Source: Roseibacillus sp.
GTDB lineage: Bacteria; Verrucomicrobiota; Verrucomicrobiia; Verrucomicrobiales; Akkermansiaceae
Reading direction: 5' to 3'
DNA: 64,000 nucleotides
Assembly: GCA_051251855.1 (NCBI GenBank)
Contig: JBPOGI010000004.1
Span: 192,001 to 256,000 of the forward strand
Below, in pieces: positions 17,355 through 27,000 of the stretch; positions within the stretch are counted from its first letter, which is position 1; the number at the start of each line of letters is the position of its first letter. A program made the position numbers and the translations under genes. The notes under the pieces were generated by a model, which saw only the letters and a list, made by a program, of their open reading frames with translations, was not told the origin of the DNA and did not search any database.

Positions 17355-20300
17355 TTGGCAAACTTACGGATTTGCGGACGTATCCTTGATACGCCGTCAC
17401 CCGTGCTTTCCACTTTGACCTCACTTTCGCTTCTCCCGCTCACCAAGCAGCTTCGCAACCTGCTTTCCATCTCGCTTGTCTTCATCTCCAGCGCTAACGC
17501 CGAGATCGACTTCAACCGCGACATCCAGCCCCTTCTCTCTGAGAACTGCTTCTATTGCCACGGCACCGACCCCGAACACCGCGAAGCCGACCTACGCCTC
17601 GACCTCCGCGAAGAAGCCATCAACGGTGGAGCCATCGCCCCCGGCGACCCCGCCAAATCCGAGATGCTCACCCGCATGCGCCTCGCACCCGACGACGAGG
17701 ACCTCATGCCTCCCAAAAAATCCCACCGCTCCCTCACCGACGAGCAAATTAATCTCATCGAAACCTGGATCAGCGAAGGAGCCGAATACGCCGACCACTG
17801 GTCCTTCACCTCCCTCCCCGAGCCCACCGGAACGTCTATCGACGAAATCGTCACCACCCAGCTTTCCCAAAAAGACCTTGCTCTCAAACCCCAGACCGAA
17901 CCTCACACTCTTCTCCGTCGCCTCACCCTCGACCTCACCGGTCTTCCACCCACCCCCGAAGAAATCGAAGCCTTCGACCCCACCCAAATCGAAGCCACCA
18001 TCGACCGCCTCCTCGCCAGCACCCGCTTTGGCGAACACATGGCCACCCCGTGGCTGGATATCGCCCGCTACGCCGACACCTACGGTTTCCAACAGGACAA
18101 AGACCGCTTCGTCTGGCCCTACCGCGACTACGTCATCGAAACCTTCAACAAGAACAAGCCCTTCGACCGCTTCATCCACGAGCAACTCGCCGGCGACCTC
18201 CTCCCCGACTCCGATCACGAGAGCCGTCTCGCCACCGCCTTCTCTCGTCTCCACCAACAAAAGGTCGAAGGCGGCTCCGTCGAAGAAGAATTCCGAGTCG
18301 AATACGTCGCCGACCGACTCCAAACCTACGGCACCGCCTTCCTTGGTCTCACCATGGAATGCTCCCGCTGCCACGACCACAAATACGACCCCACCACCGC
18401 CAAAGACTACTTCTCACTCTTCGCCTTCTTCGATGATGTCGACGAAGCCGGGCTCTACTCCTACTTCAACCCCGAGGCCGTCCCCACTCCCACCCTCCCC
18501 CTCCTCTCTGAGCAGGAAAAAACCAACCTCGCGGCTCTGGAATCCACTGTAAAAAACGCCGAGACAAAGCTCCAACAAGTCACCTCCGATCACAAACTCC
18601 CTAAACTCTTCACTCCCCTCCAAAATCAGCTCCTCTACCTCGACTTTGACGACCCGAATACCGTCGGAGCCAATTCCTCCGTCCCCGGAAAAAACGAAAA
18701 CGCCATTCAGCTTACCGGCGATGATGCCGTCGCCACCGAGGTCGGCGATTTCCCACGCGAACAACCCTTCACTGTTTCCGCTTGGATACAAACGCCCGAC
18801 ATCAAGGAACGCGCCGTCATCTTTTCTCGCTCCAAAGCGTGGACTGATGCCGCCTCCCGAGGCTACGAACTCCTCCTCATCGACAACCAGCTTCAATGGT
18901 CCCTCGTTCACTACTGGCCCGGCAATGCCATCTCGGTAAAAACCGAACAATCTCTCGAACCCAACCAATGGTATCATGTCACCGTCACCAACGACGGCTC
19001 TTCTCGAGCAGCGGGGCTCAAAGTCTTCATCAATAGCCAAAACGCCCCCACCGAAGTCATTCGCGACCAACTCACCAAACCCATCAAAGGAGGCGGCAAC
19101 CCTCACATCCGCATCGGCGAGCGCATGCGTGACCGCGGCTTCAAAGGAGGCCTCGTCGATGACTTCCAAGTCTTCGACCGCCTCCTATCCCCCCAAGAAA
19201 TCAAACTTCTCCATCAACTTGCTGACATTGTCCCTGATGCCGAAACCAACCTCATCCTGAGCGAAGAATATCAAGCCGCCCTCACCGAACTCCAAACCGC
19301 CCGCACCGCCTTCTACCGAGCTCAAAACGCCGTCGTCGAAATCATGACCATGGTGGAACTCCCCGAGCCCAAGCAAGCCTACATCCTCAACCGAGGCGAA
19401 TACAGCAATCGCGGCGAGCCCGTCGACCCCGCCTTCCCGGCCTTTCTTCCCACCCTCGGTTTCGAAGCCCCCGAAGGCAAAGTCATGAACCGCCTCGACC
19501 TCGCCCGCTGGACCACCCATCCCGACAACCCCCTCACCGCACGCGTCAACGTCAACCGGGTCTGGCAATCCTTCTTCGGTCGCGGCCTCGTCGCCACCTC
19601 CGAAGACTTTGGCATCCAAGGCGAATACCCCGAATACCTCGACCTCCTCAACGAACTCTCCGCGCGCTTCATCGCCTCCGGCTGGGACTTCAAAGCCCTC
19701 GTCAAAGAGGTCGTCTCCTCTCAGGTCTACCAACAACAGTCCCTCGCCAGCCCCGCCGAACTCGAAGCCGACCCCGACAACCGCCTTCTCGCTCGCGGCC
19801 CTCGCCATCGCCTCACCGCCGAGGTCATTCGCGACCAAGCCCTCTTCACCTCCGGACTACTCGTCGAAAAAATAGGAGGACCTCCCGTCAAACCCTACGA
19901 CCTTTCCGAGTCCTTCAAACCCAACGAGCCCGACACCGGCCAAAACCTCTACCGCCGTTCTCTCTACACCTACTGGCGACGCACCGCCCCCTCCCCCGCC
20001 ATGATGGCCTTCGATGCCGGCAAGCGTGACGTCTGCTCCGCCAAGCGCGACACCACCTCCACCCCGCTGCAAGCCCTCGTCCTCCTCAACGGAACCCAAT
20101 TCGTCGAAGCCGCCCGCCACCTCGCCGAAAAAGCGATCACCGAAGAACCCGACATCACCAAGCGAGTCGCCCAAACCTTCTTCACCCTCACCTCTCGTCA
20201 ACCCGATGATGCCGAAGTCACCATTCTCACCCAACTCTACCACGAACAACTTGCCCACTACCAAGAACATCCCGAAGAAGCAAAAACCTTCCTCAGCCAA

Positions 20301-20399
20301 GGCCAAGCCCAGCCCAAAGAAGCGACCCCCGAACTCGCGGCCTTCACTGCCCTGACCCAAGCCCTGATGAACTTGCACGAAGTCAACATCAAGCCCTAG
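17355..20399 (+). CDS. Planctomycete cytochrome c / DUF1549 / LamG / DUF1553 protein
   Basis: IDFNRDIQP..CFYCHG, MPP, CSRCHDHKYDP, LamG-like insert, TPLQALVLLN; exact start uncertain. Confidence 0.9.
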   Translation: MANLRICGRILDTPSPVLSTLTSLSLLPLTKQLRNLLSISLVFISSANAEIDFNRDIQPLLSENCFYCHGTDPEHREADLRLDLREEAINGGAIAPGDPAKSEMLTRMRLAPDDEDLMPPKKSHRSLTDEQINLIETWISEGAEYADHWSFTSLPEPTGTSIDEIVTTQLSQKDLALKPQTEPHTLLRRLTLDLTGLPPTPEEIEAFDPTQIEATIDRLLASTRFGEHMATPWLDIARYADTYGFQQDKDRFVWPYRDYVIETFNKNKPFDRFIHEQLAGDLLPDSDHESRLATAFSRLHQQKVEGGSVEEEFRVEYVADRLQTYGTAFLGLTMECSRCHDHKYDPTTAKDYFSLFAFFDDVDEAGLYSYFNPEAVPTPTLPLLSEQEKTNLAALESTVKNAETKLQQVTSDHKLPKLFTPLQNQLLYLDFDDPNTVGANSSVPGKNENAIQLTGDDAVATEVGDFPREQPFTVSAWIQTPDIKERAVIFSRSKAWTDAASRGYELLLIDNQLQWSLVHYWPGNAISVKTEQSLEPNQWYHVTVTNDGSSRAAGLKVFINSQNAPTEVIRDQLTKPIKGGGNPHIRIGERMRDRGFKGGLVDDFQVFDRLLSPQEIKLLHQLADIVPDAETNLILSEEYQAALTELQTARTAFYRAQNAVVEIMTMVELPEPKQAYILNRGEYSNRGEPVDPAFPAFLPTLGFEAPEGKVMNRLDLARWTTHPDNPLTARVNVNRVWQSFFGRGLVATSEDFGIQGEYPEYLDLLNELSARFIASGWDFKALVKEVVSSQVYQQQSLASPAELEADPDNRLLARGPRHRLTAEVIRDQALFTSGLLVEKIGGPPVKPYDLSESFKPNEPDTGQNLYRRSLYTYWRRTAPSPAMMAFDAGKRDVCSAKRDTTSTPLQALVLLNGTQFVEAARHLAEKAITEEPDITKRVAQTFFTLTSRQPDDAEVTILTQLYHEQLAHYQEHPEEAKTFLSQGQAQPKEATPELAAFTALTQALMNLHEVNIKP

Positions 20400-20409
20400 C
20401 CAGTCAACA

Positions 20410-20510
20410 GGAGCGTGGCTTTGCAAGCCGCCTCAACGAATCGTCAGAATTAGCTCACCCACCAACCACCTTCCAAACATCAACCTCAGCGGCTTAAAAA
20501 GCCACTCTCC
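20410..20510. repeat. GGAG-headed REP doublet
   Basis: GGAGCGTGGCTTTGCAAGCCGC (20410-20431) and inverted GCGGCTTAAAAAGCCACTCTCC (20489-20510). Confidence 0.7.
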
Positions 20511-20515
20511 CGATT

Positions 20516-21949
20516 ATGAACCGTCGCGAACTCATCCAAACTTCCACCATGGGCTTTGGCAGCCTTGCGCTCAACTCCATGTTGGCCGCCGAGAACAAGC
20601 CCGACCAACTCCCGCACCTCGTCGCCAAGGCCAAGCGGGTCATCTTTCTTTGCCAAGCCGGCGGGCCCTCCCAAGTCGACCTCCTCGACCCCAAGCCCCT
20701 CCTCAACAAGCTCCATGGCCAGCAACTCCCCGACTCCGTGCGCGGCGGACAACGCCTCACCGGAATGTCCGGCAATCAGTCCTCCATCCCCCTCGCTGGC
20801 TCGCCCTTCAAGTTCTCCCAACACGGTGAGTCCGGACAATGGTTCTCCGAAATCCTTCCCTACACCGCCAAAATCGCAGACGACATCTGTGTAGTGAAAA
20901 ACATGTACACCGAGGCCATCAACCACGGCCCCGGCGTCACCTACCTCCAAACCGGCTCCCAAATCGCAGGCCGTCCCTCCATGGGAGCGTGGATGCAATA
21001 CGGACTTGGCACTACCAACGAAGACCTCCCCGCCTTCGTGGTCCTCGTCACCAAAAACAAAAACGGCCAACCCCTCGTCTCGCGGCTCTGGGGCTCAGGC
21101 TTCCTTCCCTCCGAGTATCAAGGCATCCGTTTTCGCTCCGGCAAAGACCCCGTCCTCTACCTCAACAATCCCGAGGGCGTTTCCCCCAAGGCTCGCCGCC
21201 AACTCCTCGACCGTCTCGCCGACCTCCACGCCCATCAACACGCCGTCGCGGAAGAACAAGCCATCATGGACCGCATCAAGCAGTATGAAATGGCCTTCAA
21301 TATGCAATCCAGCGTGCCCGAAGTCGCCAACGTCAGCGACGAACCCGACTCCACCTTCGACCTCTACGGCAAAGACTCACGCAACCCCGGAACCTTTGCC
21401 GCCAACTGCTTGTTAGCTCGCCGCCTCGCCGAACGCGGAGTCAAATTCATCCAACTTTATCACCAAGGCTGGGACCAACACAACAACGTCAAAGGCGGGC
21501 TCACCAACCAATGCCGCGAGACCGACCAACCCTCTGCCGCTCTCGTGCAAGACCTCAAACAACGAGGAATGCTCGAGGACACCCTCGTCGTCTGGGGCGG
21601 CGAATTCGGCCGCACCAACTACTCCCAAGGCAAGCTCAATGGCGACAACTTCGGCCGCGACCACCATCCTCGTTGCTTCTCCATGTGGATGGCTGGCGGT
21701 GGCATCAAGGGCGGCGTCTCCCACGGTCAAACCGACGACTACGGCTACAACATCGTCAACGCTGACGGCGTCCCCATCTCACCCACCAAGCATCACTACA
21801 CCGAAGACGCCGTTCACATCCACGACCTGCAAGCTACCATGCTACACCTCCTCGGCATCGACCACACCGCTCTCACCTACAAATTCCAAGGCCGCCGCTT
21901 CCGCCTCACCGACGTCCACGGCGACATCGTCAAACCTATCCTCGCTTAG
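20516..21949 (+). CDS. DUF1501 domain protein (Tat signal)
   Basis: MNRRELI; AKAKRVIFL..GGPSQVDLLDPKP; GWDQH; WGGEFGRT; GRDHHP. Confidence 0.9.
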   Translation: MNRRELIQTSTMGFGSLALNSMLAAENKPDQLPHLVAKAKRVIFLCQAGGPSQVDLLDPKPLLNKLHGQQLPDSVRGGQRLTGMSGNQSSIPLAGSPFKFSQHGESGQWFSEILPYTAKIADDICVVKNMYTEAINHGPGVTYLQTGSQIAGRPSMGAWMQYGLGTTNEDLPAFVVLVTKNKNGQPLVSRLWGSGFLPSEYQGIRFRSGKDPVLYLNNPEGVSPKARRQLLDRLADLHAHQHAVAEEQAIMDRIKQYEMAFNMQSSVPEVANVSDEPDSTFDLYGKDSRNPGTFAANCLLARRLAERGVKFIQLYHQGWDQHNNVKGGLTNQCRETDQPSAALVQDLKQRGMLEDTLVVWGGEFGRTNYSQGKLNGDNFGRDHHPRCFSMWMAGGGIKGGVSHGQTDDYGYNIVNADGVPISPTKHHYTEDAVHIHDLQATMLHLLGIDHTALTYKFQGRRFRLTDVHGDIVKPILA

Positions 21950-21972
21950 AAACGAAGCAGGCCCCTTCTCCG

Positions 21973-22944
21973 TCAGAGTGCCTCGGCCATTCCCTTCCCA
22001 ATCAAGTAGTAGGTCTCCCAATTGCGCATCCAGTGATAGCCTTGTTTGGAAGGCGACTCCCCTACACTTCGCTGAAAGTCACGCGTCTCCACTCCAAAGA
22101 CATTCCCCGCAAACTCGGGATACTTCTTCCCATCGCTCAAGGCTAACTGCGCGGTCATCAGCTTTTCCACCCGCTTCTTGTAGCTGCCAGAAATATCCCA
22201 TCCCCCCATCCCGGTATTTGCGATCACGAACGGCAGGGCCTCATCCCCCAAATCCTTCCGCATATCCTTCACGAAGTTCACCATATTCTTCTCATAAGCA
22301 TCCACCGCATCCGCATTGATGCGATCATTCCACCCTTGATGCCAACCAAAGCCCACTAACTCAAATTCTTCACCAGAGTGTTCAGGAAAATAGGTCTTCA
22401 AGTTGTTCGTTACCTCTCCCACATGCGCCACCACCTGCGCATAGTGAAATCCCTTGTCGCCATCCTTTTTCGGCTCGGGATAATCAGCTGAACTTGGAGA
22501 AAGAAAGTCGTTGAAAAGCGAACGTCCACCCCAAGCGGACTTAATGAGCAAGACCGGATCCTCAAACCGATCTCCCATCACAAATCCAAAACCAAACTCA
22601 GGCCCAATATGGTCCGCCTTCGCGCCATAGCCCGTCGTCAACCACCCTTGCCGCAAATCTTCCTTGTTCGATAAATCGACAATCCAGACATCGTCCCGCA
22701 CGACAGGTTCACCGCTCTTATCCACCAAATGGCCATAATCATCCGGCTTGGACTTCACATAGTGCTCCATCGTGCCCTTCTCTCCCTTCACTTGCCCAAA
22801 GCCCACCATATTGGACTGCCCGGCCAGTACGAAAACCTTCAGCTTGCCGTTAGCAGGGACAGTTCCTGTTACGGAAGAGTCCTCAGCAAACGAGCTCAAC
22901 GGCAAGAAAAACAGAAGAACAGCCAGCGTTTTGAGATTCATCAC
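21973..22944 (-). CDS. Sialate O-acetylesterase (SASA/SGNH) family
   Basis: VFVLAGQSNM, IGPEFGFG, WHQGWND, YHW. Confidence 0.82.
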   Translation of the reverse strand: MMNLKTLAVLLFFLPLSSFAEDSSVTGTVPANGKLKVFVLAGQSNMVGFGQVKGEKGTMEHYVKSKPDDYGHLVDKSGEPVVRDDVWIVDLSNKEDLRQGWLTTGYGAKADHIGPEFGFGFVMGDRFEDPVLLIKSAWGGRSLFNDFLSPSSADYPEPKKDGDKGFHYAQVVAHVGEVTNNLKTYFPEHSGEEFELVGFGWHQGWNDRINADAVDAYEKNMVNFVKDMRKDLGDEALPFVIANTGMGGWDISGSYKKRVEKLMTAQLALSDGKKYPEFAGNVFGVETRDFQRSVGESPSKQGYHWMRNWETYYLIGKGMAEAL

Positions 22945-23003
22945 CTAAGCAAACTGCCAAGAGCTGCCATTTGTTACAGAATTCTCACTCACCGCCGACA
23001 CAC

Positions 23004-23831
23004 CTACTCGAACAACTCCACCCGAATCAGCACGAAGAGATTTTCAGTAGGGGCCAAGTCCTTCTTCCTATCTGGGGCAAGTCTTTCGAGAGCCGGTTGC
23101 AGATCGGAAGAAAGCCCCCCGATAGCGAGATACTGCCCGCTTTTCATCGTGACCGTCGAAGCTAGCTTTTTGACGTCAAAGAGCGGCATTTCAATCCGAT
23201 TTTCGGTCACTACCACGTCCACCGGATTCCCGAAAAGACCTTTCGCAGGAGCCGTGATGGGAGAACCGTAATTGATGAAACCAAAGAAAGAGGTCCGGCT
23301 CACATCGAACGAAAAGTCAATACTGTCACCAACCTTGCGTCCTTTGAAGCTTGCCTCAAAACCGACATTTCGAGTCTCAAAGCTCTTTGGACTCGATGGC
23401 GTCACCGGAAAGAAGCCTTCATGATCTTCCTTCTTCTCCGGCAACGAGGGCGGATCATATTCCGTCGGGTAAGTGAGCTCACGAATGAGCTCCACTTTAC
23501 CGGACTCGTTATTCCGACAGGTCAGCGTGGGCGTCGAAGTCAGCTCGAAACCACGGCGCGAACTCAGTTGCTTGACCAACTTGGCCCCCTCAGCCTCCGA
23601 AAATACGCCCGCCACGTGAGCCCCTTTGGCATCCTCCAAAACCTGATATCCTTTGGGAGCAGTGAAGAGATAGCTTTGAAACCTCAAGGCAGTCCCCTGA
23701 ATTTTGACCGGAGGAGTTTCTCTTCTCGGCTCAGCCACTTCATCTTTCGTTGATGAACAAGCGCTGAAAACCAAGAGAACCCCTGAAAAAACCAGCATTT
23801 TCCGGAGCCATTGCTTATTTTTCCCATTCAT
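23004..23831 (-). CDS. Lipoprotein carrying a secretin C-terminal-like domain (Amuc_1098-like)
   Basis: Lipobox FSAC; YPTEYDPP, VTPSSPKSFETRNVG, FINYGSPI, VTENRIEMPLF, LAIGG; ATG at 23831. Confidence 0.6.
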   Translation of the reverse strand: MNGKNKQWLRKMLVFSGVLLVFSACSSTKDEVAEPRRETPPVKIQGTALRFQSYLFTAPKGYQVLEDAKGAHVAGVFSEAEGAKLVKQLSSRRGFELTSTPTLTCRNNESGKVELIRELTYPTEYDPPSLPEKKEDHEGFFPVTPSSPKSFETRNVGFEASFKGRKVGDSIDFSFDVSRTSFFGFINYGSPITAPAKGLFGNPVDVVVTENRIEMPLFDVKKLASTVTMKSGQYLAIGGLSSDLQPALERLAPDRKKDLAPTENLFVLIRVELFE

Positions 23832-24033
23832 ACGATCTCTTGTCGCAGGGCCGACCACAGCCGTCAAGGACGTGAAAATAAGAGCGCTCCGCCCTAAATC
23901 ACGTGAATTTCAACTTTCAAGATAAGTTAATGATAGTTAGGGTCTTCATCAGCTGGCTACAATTCCGTTGTTTCCTTTTGCTCAAAAAAAACCGAAAAGG
24001 GTGGTTGCTCTTTTTTTCTCAACTCGCTCGCTT

Positions 24034-27000
24034 ATGAATCCGAATTCTTTCATCCAAGACCGAGGGGCTCTCGGAGGAATCCTACTCCTCTCGACTCTCT
24101 CCTCGCTAGCGGTGGATCTCGATTCCGATGGCTTGTCCGATCTATGGCAACTGAACTATGGCGCGGAATCCGAGTCCGCCAATGGCGACCCTGATGGCGA
24201 TGGCTACACCAACGCCGAAGAGTCTAGCGCCGGAACTGATCCATTTTCTGCCAACAGTTTTCCCGATCTTGGACCTTTTCAAATGGACACCAGCGGGAAT
24301 CCGATCTTCTTCACTTTCCCTACAGAGGCAGGCAAATTTTACCAACTGTCTCAATCGACCGATCTGCTCAATTTCCAAACCTTTGGCCCCACTATCGCTG
24401 GCGATGGCTCCGAGCAATCCGTCACCCTCAAGGACACCGAAGCATCCACTCGCGATGGACACGTGCAGCAGAGCTTCTGGTCCAACTTCGCAGGCACCCA
24501 AGTCAGCGACCTCGCTAACCTTCCCAACTTCCCCGCACAATCCGACGGACAAAATGAACTTACTCAGTTCGAGACTCAACGCGTGCAAGGCAGTGGATTC
24601 GGCAGTCGCCTGCAAGCACTCATCACTCCACCCGAGACCGGCAGCTACACCTTCGCTCTCTCCTCAGGTAGCCCCGCAAAGGCCTTTCTGAGCACCGACA
24701 CTGATTCGAACAACTTCGTAGACCTATCAGAAGTCTTCTTAGCTCAAGCAGATATTCTTCCCAATGAATGGGACCGCTACTCTTCCCAACGCTCAACACC
24801 GATTCTCCTCACTGCTGGTGAAAGCTACCTGCTCGAGGTCCAGCTGCTCTCGCTCACTGCCGAAAGCCACTGTCAGCTCGCATGGACGGGCCCCGGTATC
24901 ACCGATACCGCCATCATCACCTCGGAGCACCTCGCCCCACTTGAACTCCTTCCCGCGCCAAGCACCACACAAGACCTGCTCGTCCACGACTACGACACGA
25001 CCACCACCACTCTTTGGCCTAGCAATACCGAAATCGTGGACGCTCCCGAGGGCATGAATGGCAATGCCGAAAAGTTCAATGACGACCCCGGCAATCTCGC
25101 AGCCGAGACCCTCCTTCTCCCTCAATCCAGCAGCGACCATCTCTATGCGACTTGGCAGTTCCGCATGAGCCCCGGCCATGACGACGTCCACTTCTACTTC
25201 CAAGGCCCTGACAGTTCCGAAGAAGGCCCACGCGTTAATCTGGAGGAGCGCAATAGTTTCTCTACCGTCGCCGTGCGGACTGGCGGCACCTACGGAGTGC
25301 GCCAAATCGATGTCGAATTCGACACCACCTACCGAGTCGAACTCGTTGCTTCTCTCGACACTCCCTTCACTTACCAAGAAGGACTCTCCACTCGCACCGT
25401 CTCTCCCGACACTTTCGATATCTACATCACCGACACCAACGGTAAGCTCATTGGCAGCGAGTTCGGTCTCACCTTTAAAGATGAAGGAGAAAATGTGGTG
25501 AGTATTTTTGACCGCGTGCGTGCAGCTTCCATCACCCTCCCGAACATCGTTGTCGACTCTTGGGAAATCACGGATGGAAAAATCGCAGGTTCCGGCATCC
25601 TCAACCGCAACATCTCTGACTTCACTCTCGATGCCGACGGCCAATTCTTTCGACTACATATCAACGATGGAGACCAAGACGCCGACGGCCTCTCCAACTG
25701 GGAGGAACTTCTCCTCGCTAAACACCAACCCTTTCTCTTCTTTGATGCCGAGACCACTTCTGGCACGACTGATGCCGCCGCTATTAGCTCTCTTCTCACC
25801 AACAATACCGGCACTCCCGTCATCTCACTCGCCGCTTCAGATACCGCCGCCTTCGAGGACAACAGCCCCAATACCAGTGAAGACCATGGTGCCATTCTCA
25901 TCACCCGCACCGGCACCCTCGCACCAGTCACCATCAATCTTTGCATCGCAGCTTTGGAAAATACGGGGAGCACGGCCACCGTTTGTGACGGCACCTGTTG
26001 CTCCCTGATTGGAAGCGCTGGCGACGAAGAAGCGGAAGTCGGCGACTACACCCTCCTTGACTCTGACGGCAACCTCATCACCGACACCGTCAGCTTTGCT
26101 CTAGGAGAAATGAGCAAGACCCTCACCGTGGTAGCGCTACCCGACAACATTAACGAATACCCCGAAACCCTCAACCTCGCCGTTGCTCCCAGTATCGATG
26201 CCAGCTATCAACTCTCCGAGACTCTCAACGGGGCCTCCATCCAACTCTTCGACCTCGCCGACAATCCAGCTAACAACGCCATCTTCACCGGCAGCTTCAG
26301 CCAAGACGGTAATGCGACCCTTTCCTCGTTAGGTTCTGGCTTCACCACCGCTATCCTCAACGGACCTCGTACTAAACTTTTTCTCACCAACGAATTCTCG
26401 AACCTCACTTCGGTGCAACAAGACTCCCACGTCCACAAGTCCAACCCAGGACCTACCCCTGGCGACATTATCTATTCTATCACCAACGAACCTGGTGCCG
26501 AATCCCAACCTCCTCCCGCCTCCGACCCCTACCTCGGCTTCCTCACAGATTATGAGTGGGACCTGACCGAATCCTCAGGCGCCGTTCCAACCTCTGGCGG
26601 GGCCGCCTCCAAGCAAACTATCATCGACTCTCTCTTCGCCCAAAACAGCGAATCCCCCCTCTACCTCAACATCCACACCGTCGACAACCCTGCCGGCGAA
26701 ATTTGGGCCTTCCTCAATCTCACCGGCGGCTCCACTACCGACCCCGGCACCCCTACCGCAGCCGCCCTCGCTGGTTCAGCTGAATACCCGCAACTCTTCG
26801 ACGATGAGCTCGAAGCTGAAGTTCGACGCTTCCTCAACCAAGCCACCTTCGGTGCCACCGACGCTCAAGTCGCCGCCCTGGTCTCCACTGTTGAAACCGC
26901 TCGTGCCGCCGACTCAACTTATCATCGCGCTACCGCCTTCGAAGACTGGATTGACAACCAGATGGCCCTCCAACAGACCTACCTGTTAGATTACCACCTT

